Assembly (NCBI GenBank): GCA_050084515.1
Contig: CM114271.1
Location: 41,106,001-41,170,000, forward strand
Length of the DNA: 64,000 nucleotides
Direction of reading: 5' to 3'
DNA from: Blasia pusilla
Taxonomy: Eukaryota
Below are positions 51,233 through 61,990 of this stretch, piece after piece. The notes beneath the pieces were generated by a model. The model was not told where the DNA came from and searched no databases. It saw only the letters and a program-made list of their open reading frames with translations. Within the stretch, counting starts at the first letter, position 1. Every line of letters starts with the position of its first letter. The translations under genes and the position numbers were made by a program.

Positions 51233-53798
51233 CACTAGAAGAAATCCTTAATTTTATGACTAGCTTGTATGACTCATATGAATCATATATGCTAGTCATT
51301 GACGGTGATATATGAATTTTCAGTAATTGGAGTGGTCAGTAGCCTTCACTCACCAAATGTCTCTATATTATATTTCTAACTCGGAATGGACAATGAAATC
51401 TCTTCACAAAATTTGAATGACTAGCATGGTTTGCTAACATGACATGAAAATATGAATCATAATAACATGATTGGCATACTGTGTAGATGATGTGGCAAGT
51501 GATTTGATGACATGGACTCAATGGAGAAAAAAAATCGTCCCTTATGTCCCATTCTCTATATGTCTATCCATCTTCCATCCATTATTTCATTCCATCCCCC
51601 ATCTGTCCATGATCTCCGTCTCCATCCATCCATGTGTCCCACCTTGCATCCATCATCTTTATCTTTCAAAATATGTCTGAGGCAAGATTCAAACTTGCAC
51701 TATTAGGCCTACAATGGAGTCCTCTATCACTAGCCGGCACATTATTATATGTACATGCGTAGCAAATTTAAATCAATATATAAATATCATTTTCCCTTTT
51801 GCATATTTATACTTTTAAAATTCATTTTGTAGTATTTTCGTATATTCACATTATTTTATTTTTAACTCTTGAAGGACCTAAAACTCTATACCTAGAATAT
51901 TAAATAAGTGATTTTAAAATATTATGTAAAAAATATTAATATATATAATAAGAATTAAATATTTTATGTCATATAATATGATCTTTTATTAGATCATATT
52001 AAGTCTAAAAAAATGGAATGGTTAAAAAATTTTAATTATTGGATTTTTTTTAAAAACCATCTTGTACCAAAAAAGAAAAATGGATTCAATTATTGGTTTG
52101 TTGGTGGGTGGATATTTCTTGATTCTAAAATTTAAATTTTGAAAATGATGATGTCATAAGATGAATATGAAAATACAAACTATACTTGAAAATTTTTGCC
52201 TTAAGTCCCGCTTTCCTCTTTCTCCCTTCTTTTTTATCTTTCTCTCCCAAAAAGAGTGCAAAAATCATGCAAGTCACCAGATAGTGATAGATCTAAACTA
52301 GTGTTTGAGTAAATACTAAGTGAAATTTTTTTATTTGAATAGATACTAAGTAGTCATAGATCTAGACTTGCGTTAATGATATGGATTAAGAGAATCAGAC
52401 TGGCTATGGGGGTTATATGAGCAGTCGGTCTTTTTACTCTTAATGTCATGGAGGAATGTGCAATTTGGAATATTTTGGTACATGATTGTCTTTGTATTCA
52501 CGTTCCATGAGTGACTATGGTATCTTGTGCCTATTTTTTTGTATTTGGTCACAAAAATATATGTTTTGTATCAATGTACATTCATATAAGAACTATCATG
52601 TCATTATAGTAGATCAACTAGGATCCGCATGTTTCCTTAGATGAGGTCAGAGAATACTCTAAAAGCGCGATTCCATGGAATAACTCAAACTGGCGACCTT
52701 GGAAATTACATTAGATCAACCACATCTTACGGTTCATATATTTTTGAAATGGTCTGAATCCTTGGTTTATAATCGGTGTCCTTAGTTTTTTCCGGGATCC
52801 TTGTATTTCTTACGACCATTAATTTTTGGCGCAGGAAAGTCGCGACGTCCTCGTGCCCTCTAAAACCTTCCAGGCCTGGTTGCTATTTGAAAAAATCCAG
52901 GTTTTTTTTTATGGTGTAGAGTAAGAGAATGACCTGATTGGGGAGGACCGGCGCCATTCCGCAAGTTCTGGCTGAACCTGTCGGCCGTTATGGTTGGATA
53001 CAGTTTCTTGGGGTCGCGTGCGACCCCAAGAAACTGTGCCATAGAATTGACCCCTTAGAAGGTGGAGGATGACTTGTTGAGGATTAGGGTAATATGAGAT
53101 AACACATTTACCATTAATTTTGGCTCATTTGGAGCCATATTCAGGTAAGTTCCTATTAGAAACATAATTGACTTCTCATTTTAGGAAGTGGCCATTGACT
53201 CTCTATTGAAGGTCAAGAGTCAAAGAGATAACCTGCAATCATAATTTAACAAGGAGAGAATTTGGGGATAGGGAAGGGTTATACCCAAGGAGAGAGAACT
53301 TGGGAGCTCGTTCTCTTTATGTTGAACCTCTTTTCATTAGGCAGCAAAGCAGTGGCCCTCCTTGCCTTATGAATAATCCAAACCTCTCACTAGGAGAGTT
53401 GGTTTGGTTTGACATAAGAGAGATGGAGAGTGTGGAAATTTTGAGATCATATGATTTATGGGATATATTTTGGTATACGACTGACTCTATGTTCAGATGC
53501 AATAAATAAGTATGATATCTTGTGTTTATATATTCATATTTGATGAAAGCGAGGTATATCTTGTAGCGATGTGTATGTGCATCACAAACATCTCCTATCT
53601 AGAAGAGATGCTTGCCTATACTTGTTTGAATTGCTAGGAAGAGCTTGTGATTCTACATGATCATCCTCGAAAGCTAGCAAATTCCATGAGTCCCAAAGAG
53701 TCTGTTTGAAACCTCATAGACCATATATGTGAGGCATTATTATGGTCGCTCAAAGCTCATTCTAGTACTAGTCATAAAACCACTATTTTCTTCTAGTG
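51233..53798. mobile_element. Non-autonomous CACTA-type element (12-bp TIR CACTAGAAGAAA)
   Basis: CACTAGAAGAAA at 51233 and TTTCTTCTAGTG ending 53798, both with a subterminal TTTTATGACTAG. The flanking trinucleotides (aat/cga) do not match. Confidence 0.65.
53060..53586 (+). repeat. Diverged solo A+B repeat unit (subfamily 1)
   Basis: 53060-53460 aligns by eye with the reverse complement of ~6800-7200. It ends GTAGCGATGTGTATGTGCATCACA, like repeat B. Confidence 0.75.
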
Positions 53799-55354
53799 CG
53801 ACTAAAGGCTGAGAGAGGGGGAATAAGTACAACCGATCCTCTCCGTGCAAGGCGTGTCAAGGACCTATCTTAAAGATTTTGGGGTCTCTTAAGTAAAGAC
53901 CCCCAAAGGCCTACGAAGACTCTTCCCTAGAGCAAAGTGGTTGACCCTCAGATAGCAGCCATGGCTATTGTCATGGCTGAAAATGACAAGCCACAATCGT
54001 TTGCCGTTCATCATTCATTCAGGAAAATTAATTTTTTTCCGTGCTTGGGTTAGGATGACCAAATTAGATGACTTAATGGTTGCTCACAAAACTCAAATCC
54101 TCTATCCGGGGGATGTTCATATGTTCCATCCCCGTTGTGATCCCCAAGCCGAGCTTTGAACTGCCCTATTATCCTTTTAGAATGCCTTTCACGTTTTCAC
54201 GGATTGGACTCGTCAAGGACCTTGGTTTAAAGGTAAGATTTCTTTTGAACTTTTCCACAAGAAGTTGCAAAGTTAGTACAAAATAACCTTTTTTTGGTTA
54301 GGAGAATTTCCGTAATACATAATTTCAAGTAATGTGCATCTAGCTTAGCGTGTCATTGAAGCGGTGGCACCGTGAAGTCAAAGATTGCAGGACTTTGCGT
54401 TGGCATAAAAGAGCTCCCTTCGACACTGGTTTATAAGCAATTTTGAGGCTGCTCCAAGCCTACACCTTTTTGCTCGCTGCTGGATCATTGAAGGCATTCT
54501 GATTTCAAGCAACGAAGGTTAATATGTACATAGGAAGGTTACCTCATCATCTAGCCAACCATGGAACACTTAATGAATTAATGAAGCTGTGATTCCTTTG
54601 GCGATCTAGGGACCTTTCGACATGCGGCATCTCGTGTCTCCACACGTCCGAGATATTGTGCAATATTCTATGCTTGATACCCCACTTTACATATATGGTA
54701 GTAGCCAATGGCTCTTGTGTTCATGACATTAAGAGGTTCTCCAAGGGAATGGAATGTTGTCTTATCGGGAGCTCCAGTTGCATACAAGCAAAAGAAGCTA
54801 GATGTTGCTATTGCATACAAATACAAAACAAAAAGAGATTACAATTTTCAGCATCTCATCGACTACTGTGCAGGTGAATTAATAGCACTCCACCTGAAAC
54901 TTGTTTGTTCATGCTCTGGCACGCCATCTTGCCAAAGGCCTCGATTTTTATCAAAATTACGTTTTGCAATGTCCTATGGACCAGCTTCCTCTTGCATGTT
55001 GGGTGGCACTTCTACGAACGATAATTCCTCATTTGGGTAAAACTAAGTCATGCACTAATGTTGCTACAAGAAGGGGCAAACATGCCGGAGACGAAATCAT
55101 TTAAATCTTTGGAGCCATAAGCAATAGGTTCATTCATTTCTTAGTACTATGCTCTTATTATAGCCAATAAGTGTCCATTGCTTTGTAACATGTCCAAGCC
55201 AATAGGCTTCCAAGGTAGGTTCAAGCTTTGGGAGACGCTCCTATTAGGGGCCCCTTGCTAGTAGTGATATTTATTTAGAGATATGTTATGCTGAGAGTGA
55301 GTTTATGAGGAGATTTCTCCTATTCAGGTATGGTTTTTGAGTTCAATGGTTGTA

Positions 55355-55460
55355 TGCAAGGTTCCATATGGACATATCCATATCTATAAATTTATGCATG
55401 TCTTATAGAAGGATTTGTCCATGTGGGTCTCTTCTTTCTCATCCCCCTCTTGCCTTCATC
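55355..55460 (+). repeat. Terminal segment of a small non-autonomous repeat (CAAGGTT(G/C)CATATGGAC...), second copy inverted at ~60838-60953
   Basis: Colinear similarity between 55355-55460 and the reverse complement of 60838-60953. More distant relatives may lie near 44390 and 62015. Confidence 0.55.
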
Positions 55461-56416
55461 ATCATCCCCATTTTTTCATTTCTTCCTCCTCCCGCTTCCA
55501 CTCCCTCCCCCCTTTTTGCCCTGCGCGTCAGCCCTTCCTCTGGTTATAAAGTGTGGGCCTCACTTTTTGTAATCCATGCCCGTTGACATATGTGTCCTAA
55601 GGATGAACTTGTCTTTTTTTGTGTAATCAACTTGTCCGTCAGTCCCCTGTCTCCATACTCTTGATTGGTTCTCCCATCCTCTTTCATTCCATCTCAAAAT
55701 TACCTTGGATACTAATATATGCAATCATGTATAAATATTGCACTTTATAGGACATATGTAAATTACACTTGTAAGTAATAAAATTGTCTTCTAGTAGGTT
55801 GAGAGTAATGATAGTCTTGTAATTATCTATGAGTGGAAGATTTCAAAATGAAGAGTCTTTTCCAAGGATAAAATTGAAGGATGCGTACACTAGGAAGGAC
55901 TCAAAAATTAGGTCATGATCGCATGTCAAAGGATGATCCACCTTAGTGATCGAGCATTAATACAAAACTTAGGTAACCTATTTGCGAGACTAGGGAGACG
56001 GCAGAGTGATCCAAAAAGGAAGATCAAGATATGCAAAAATCTTGAGATCCATATCAAATCATTTTAATGGCAGCAAAGAGTATCCCCCTGAGCATACTTA
56101 AGGAGATCGGCCTTCATTCTCATAGGTCAAGGATGACTTGAGTGTATAAGTTTCCCTTAGTTTAGGATCCATTTTGGACTAGATAGAAGAACTTGCTATT
56201 TCTTATAAGTCCTCTATTTTAGGCACAGTTGATTTCACGTTATGAAGGATGTCTCTGGACTTGCTAGAGAGCATTAGGATTAGAGAGTTTATCTATGTGC
56301 ATATGTCATCGAGGAGAAGGTTTGAAAGAATGAAAGAATATATCACAAGGAGGGATAAAAGTGGGCATGAAAGTGTAAGTTAAGATGGGCGGTTAGCCAT
56401 GAGACACGTTGAACAT

Positions 56417-57185
56417 TGTCGTGCGCATACATATCGCTACACAACATACATCGCTAGTCACATCTACACCACACAACGCCGATCTTCCCCACACACGGGT
56501 CGATCCACACATGTACAAAAATCAACTCATACATATACATGGAGATCACACAACAAAAATAAAGAGTAGTAAAAATGGCACACCCGGCCTAAAACTCCAC
56601 TCCTCAATCTACATCGACATATCGAGCCTCGTCCACCCTGTGCTATCAAGGCATCCGGACGCTATCACTCTAGTCCTATCTCACACACATACAAGAGAGG
56701 TGCTCCAATAGCCCAACATGAGAAAGATGGCTTAGGAAAGCCACCTTCCTCTCTTATATAGGGTTGGGAAGAGCCAAAAGGCTCTTCCCCTAAAAATAGC
56801 CCTCCCCTTGGTAACCTACGCGCACAGGTTACCAGGGGCGGGTGACCTGGTCAACAAGTCACCCGGCTGTGAAAGACCTCAACATGAAAGTTGACAGAAA
56901 TGACGTTCTTGACACAATGGACCTATCCTCAACCTCGTCCGACACCGTGGGACAAAGTTACACTCAAGATAGTCCGCTAGCTCCTATGCCCTATCCACGA
57001 TAGATCTCGGCCTATCGGCTACTCAGATGTGACAGCTGTCGTGCGCATACATGTCGCTACACAACATACATCGCTGGTCACATCTACACCACATAACACC
57101 GATCTTCCCCACATACGGGTCGATCCACACATGTACAAAAATTAACTCATGCATATACATGGAGATCACACAATCGCCCCCCTAG
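56417..57185 (-). repeat. Split direct repeats: PPT-like 57174-57185, B1 57037-57173, gc, A2 56554-57034, B2 56417-56553
   Basis: B1 and B2 are 137-bp near-identical direct repeats. A2 matches the 5' end of element C. The B1|A2 junction reads GACAGCTGTC. Confidence 0.9.
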
Positions 57186-57250
57186 TTGGCAGTTGGATCC
57201 CCCCAACTCCAGATAGAAAATATCACATCTCTCTAACATGACCTACTACC

Positions 57251-57410
57251 CTATACACCTCTCGGACACATCCATCGTCCTGTGGGAACCACATCAAGAG
57301 GGGGGATCAAACATGACATATGCCACCCTTGAGAACAACCATCACATACCAATATGGTGGCTGCACCCCTCGCAGATCCGCACAACATACACCTCAATCC
57401 TGCAGGTACC
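57251..57410 (-). pseudogene. PHD finger at the integrase C-terminus
   Basis: CMLCGSARGAATILVCDGCSQGWHMSCLIPPLDVVPTGRWMCPR fits the C4HC3 PHD pattern; the last Cys is lost or frameshifted. Confidence 0.92.
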
Positions 57411-57920
57411 ACTGCCAAGCTCGGATCCACCGTCCCATCTACGTTCAAAAGATGACATGGTGCACAATTGCGCACATGATCCTTCCAAACCATACCATCC
57501 CGTCCCTCCAACATGAGGACTCCGGTCGGTAATACCTCGCGCACACGTAGGATCGTCCGCCCTGAGTGACATATAGCGTCGTGGGTGCCGCCTGCTATAA
57601 ATACACGTAATCTCCAAGATGAAACCTCATAATCCCTGGACGATAACCTCCTCCACGAATGGTCGCGTACCTCAATGTATCTCTATGATGGGCAATAGCT
57701 AAGTTCTCAAGGCCATAGGCATTACTCTACGAAAAACCTCCGCCCTCTGAGAACATGCTTGTACCCACATATCTGGATCATCAAGATCTAACACCTCCGC
57801 CATGTCATGTCGAATTGCTGCTGGTAAATCAGGCTCTCTCCCAAAGAGCAAAAAGTATGGTGAAAATGATGCCAAGGATGCCTGCCGACTAAAACGATAA
57901 CCCATAGCCAACCATGGCAA

Positions 57921-58562
57921 CTATAGGTCCCACTCCCTCAACTCTCCCCGCTGCAAGCCATACTTGCGCAATCCTCTCTTCACCGTCTGTACCACTCTCT
58001 CCGCCAACCCATCCGCCTTAGGATGATCTCTGGACGTGGTGCAGTGATCTATCAGCGCCTGATCATACAAGGCCTGAAACTCTCCCCTGAACTCGATACC
58101 CTGGTCAGTCAACACCTTCGTCGGTGCACCAAAGTGACTAAGCACACGATCTAGAAACGTATAAGTTGTTCCCTTGCTCGCCTTTTCTGGTAGTGCCACC
58201 AACTCTATCCACTTGGAGAAATGCTCCACCATGACCAACACGTACATATGATGACGCCCCATCAATGGCAAAGGTCCCGCAAAGTCTAAACTCCACCGAT
58301 AACTTAAACCCATAATCGGAAAAGGATGTAATTGCGGAGTGGGAGCATTGAAGGATGCTCGCACTCTGTCACATACCATACATCTGGCCACAAATTGCTG
58401 TATCCCAGTATGCATGCCGCGCCACCAATACTGAACATGGATTAAGCTGTAACTACGCTTTACTCCAAAATGTCCCAACTCCTCATGGGCATGTCGCACT
58501 ACACGTGCTTGCTCGGAAGGATGAGGTACCACTCGTATCCTACCATCTTCCCATACCCGCAA
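57921..58562 (-). pseudogene. DDE (rve) integrase core of element D
   Basis: HEELGH..CMVC zinc finger, WSLDFAGPLP, VLTDQGIEF, HPKADGLAERVVQTVK. Confidence 0.95.
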
Positions 58563-60984
58563 AATGTGAGTCCCCTCCCACCTGAACCTCCTGGCTCTCT
58601 GAAGGATCCGATCCCGCTACCTAGCACTCAATGTACTCGCTATGACGCGAGTGCGCAAGAACTCCACAACCTCCACGTCGTCATGGATATCACGACCACC
58701 TGTCGCCTCCTCACTAACCTCCGGATCGAAAGACTCATCATCCAACCCCACCACTGGAGTCATCACCTGTGGTTGACCTGCCATAGTCAACCAACAAAGA
58801 TAGGCAGATACATGCCAATCGGGCACCATCTCCTCATCACTCTCTCCGTGCCATTGAGCTCCTCTGCCGTCTCTCTGACTCGAACATGGGTTATGACTAA
58901 ACCCATCCGCATCTTGGTTCAGCCAACCTGGCCTATGAAACACCTCAAACTCATACTCCTGTAGTAATAGAGCCCACCTGGCAAGCTTTCCCGTAAGCTT
59001 GTCGGACTCCATCAACCACCTCAACGGCTGATGATCAATGATAAGTGTGAAAGGGTTTCCGAATAAATAGCATCTGAAATGTGCCATGGCCACACTCCAG
59101 CCAACCACTCTCCCTTGTAGGAGATGTACTTCGCCTCTGCAATGTTGTTCGATCGGCTTGCGTAAGCCACAACGAACTCCCTCTCCTCGTCATCCCTCTG
59201 AGTAAGCAGTGCTCCTAGACCCAACATGCTCCAATCTGTATGTAAATGGAATGGGCGACCCCTGACCGGTCTCTGTAAAATTGGCGAGGACGTCAACCTG
59301 TCCTTGAGCTCCTGAAATGCTCGCTCATGATCATCTCCCCACAACCAAACCTGATCAAGTCTCGTCAACAAGGTCAAAGACTTTGCGATCGCACTAAAAC
59401 TCTTGACATACCGTCGATAGAAGTTCGCCAGTCCAAGAAATGCTCAGACTCGACTCACATCTGTAGGGTGTGGAATCTACGCAATAGCCTCTACCTTCGT
59501 CTGCTGAACGCCTAACCTACTCGGGTATATGGTGTGTCCCAAATACTCAATTTTCTCCTGAAAGAATCTGCACTTGCCTGGATGTAACTTCAGTCCATGT
59601 AACTGCAATCTCCGAAATACCTCCTCCACGTGTATCATGCTCCTCAACCGTGGAACTGAAGATAAGAATATCATCTATGTAACATTGTACAAACTCCAAG
59701 CCAGCTAGAATTCTATCCATCACTCTCTAAAACTCTGCATGCGCGTTCTTCAACCCAAATGGTAAGAACCGCCATTGATACAAGCAATTTCTCCCGAACC
59801 AATCTATCCCCTAGAATGCTGTCTTCTCCCTGTCCTCCAACCTAATAGGAAGGTGATGATAGCCAACACGGAGATCTAAAGTACTGAAGATCTTCGCATG
59901 CCCTACTGCATCAAAGATCTCCTCAGGAGTAGGCATGGCGTACCGATGTGACCTCGTCTATCAGTTGATAGGACGGTAATCTCCACACATCCGCCTATCT
60001 GTCTAATTGCCATACATATCCTTCTTCGCCGGCATGACTGTGGCAGATGCATACTCCCCATGTGATAACTCCACAAGTCCTGCCTCCAACAAGTCCTGAC
60101 TCTTGCTCTGAATCAAGGCTCGCTCCATATCCGAATACATGTAGGGACGACCAAAGATCGGCGTATCACTAGCCAACTCAATCCGTATCCTGGGACCCTT
60201 CAGCGTACCCAAGTCTCTCATACTGAAGGAAAAACAACTGACATGCCCTCTCAAAAACCTATGAGCTCGCCGTCGCTCTCCTCCTATCAACTTGAGACCT
60301 ATCACAGGCTCCCAAGTCTCCATCGCGACCTCATTCTGAGAGGACCCAACCTCCGGCTTTGGTTGCTATATAGCAACCCTAGCCACCTCCACAAGAACCA
60401 CTCCACTTTAACCTCCTACACCATGCTCCGCATCTGAAAAATGAACATGTTCTACTCTAGCCGCCTTCGCACTCTGCTCAAACGACGTCCCAGGAAGTCC
60501 ATGGGTGCCTATCTCTCCTCGTCTCGCCCCCAGCCAATGCCTGTATAGACCCTGTACGCAATGGTCCAACTCGTGGACATGACGACATAGATGACACTCG
60601 CATCCATCTTTGCTCAGCCATACCTAGGCTGACTATCCATGTGAGACAGTTGAGGTCCATCGCCTGTCCCAACACCTGTCTCCAGGATGCCTCAGTCATC
60701 CCTGGCACCGCCGTAGTATCGGTAGCGAACCCCATGGCGCGCTCGCGCTCATCTACTGTAGGCTCCTCCAATGCGCCGGTCACCTCCACGTGGTGGAAGG
60801 CAAGGCAAGGACAAGGAAGAAACGTAAAATTGCGTAAGATGGAGGCAAGTAAGAGGAATGAGAAAGAAGGGGAAGGTGGGGCCTACATGGATAAGTCCTT
60901 CCAAAGGACGGACGTATGCCCGCGAACACGGACTTTGTCCATATGCAACCTTGTAGATTAAGGAAACCTATATATCATGGGGCA

Positions 60985-61285
60985 TCCTTTCCAACTGCAC
61001 TTGGATTAGAGTATGTTGGGCTTGGAGTTGTGCTTATCCAGCATAATGATGAGGGTAGGGAGTTTGTGGTGGCTTACGCTAGTTGCTCAAACAGCGCTGT
61101 AAATGCAAAGTAAAACTCGTATGAGTGTGAGTGTATGGTTGCAATATGGGTTGATTCACATTTCAAGTGTTATTTATTCAAAAACCCTTTACTCTCATCA
61201 CAAATCACCAACCACTTAAGTGATTCATGGAATCCGACAAGCTTCTAGGAAAGTTTGGCAGTTGGGCTCTATTATTACAATAGAT
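60985..61285 (+). pseudogene. RNase H fragment of the same family
   Basis: GLGVVLIQHNDEGREFVVAYASCSN..HFKCYLFKNPFTLITNHQPL. Confidence 0.85.
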
Positions 61286-61299
61286 GCAATGCAAAAGTA

Positions 61300-61990
61300 T
61301 CTCATCCCTCACCCCTCTCCATAGGTCTTGCTCTAGCATTTCGTGCCATACGTGGACAATATGGGCCTCTATGACCCCCTCAATGTCTCTCACCAATCAA
61401 TGTAGGGGAGTAAATGCCTCTTGCAAATTCTTTCCTATCGGCCTATGAAAGTCGTGTATACTCCATTACTTCTTTCTCTCTATCCCTAGATAAAGAAAGT
61501 AACTACAGGGTTGAACCTCACACAAATTCTACTAGACGACACGCACAACTGTTCTAGTCTAAGTCATCCCTCCAAGACAAGTGGTAGAGGAAATACCCTC
61601 CCCTAGCTCCTCCTCATCTGAAAGCGGCTCAATCCATGACACATAGTGTGGATCATAATAGAGTTTCTAGCCTCAATCTTATGCATCAATCTGATGGAAA
61701 ATTGATGGTAATTGTTAATGGATGCCCCCTCTAGGTGTTGGAACATACTGATTCATATGCATGTTGTGAAAAGATTGAAGTCTCTGGAGTTCCCACCCCT
61801 CTATGAGTCACACAAACTCCTTAACTTCACTATGAAGTCATGCAACTTAAAGGTATCCACAAACCCTTAAAACCTACCAAGTGCTTTGCCGTGGTCGTCC
61901 ATCTCATACGTTCAAGTGATGACACCACTCAATGTGTGAGATGATGCACTAACAAACTCCCCCTCTAAGACCTCTCTCTTGTCCATAGAA
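61300..61990 (-). pseudogene. Decayed gag fragment of the same family
   Basis: 61780-61915 is colinear with 4790-4935 (LHDFIV..SLCDS). Confidence 0.7.

Larger units (their letters stand above)
56417..60790 (-). mobile_element. Element D: 3' portion (MTase C-terminus-RT-RNaseH-integrase-PHD) with B1-A2-B2 split direct repeats
   Basis: MTase motifs IX/X ERERAMGFATDTT..LGQAMDLNCL (60478-60789), RT 59480-60320, RNase H 58950-59377, integrase 57700-58562 and PHD 57251-57400, followed by the repeats. Confidence 0.92.

Noticed and set aside
54656-55266. Short ORFs ending near a CACTA-like end (CTAGTAGTG at 55258-55266)
   Set aside because: No partner terminus, TSD or recognisable transposase motif.
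56417-57034. Reading A2+B2 as an ordinary solo or 3' LTR
   Set aside because: The PPT-like tract precedes B1 rather than A2, no TSD flanks the unit, and 5' copies of A are not followed by B. Retained only as the refuting alternative.
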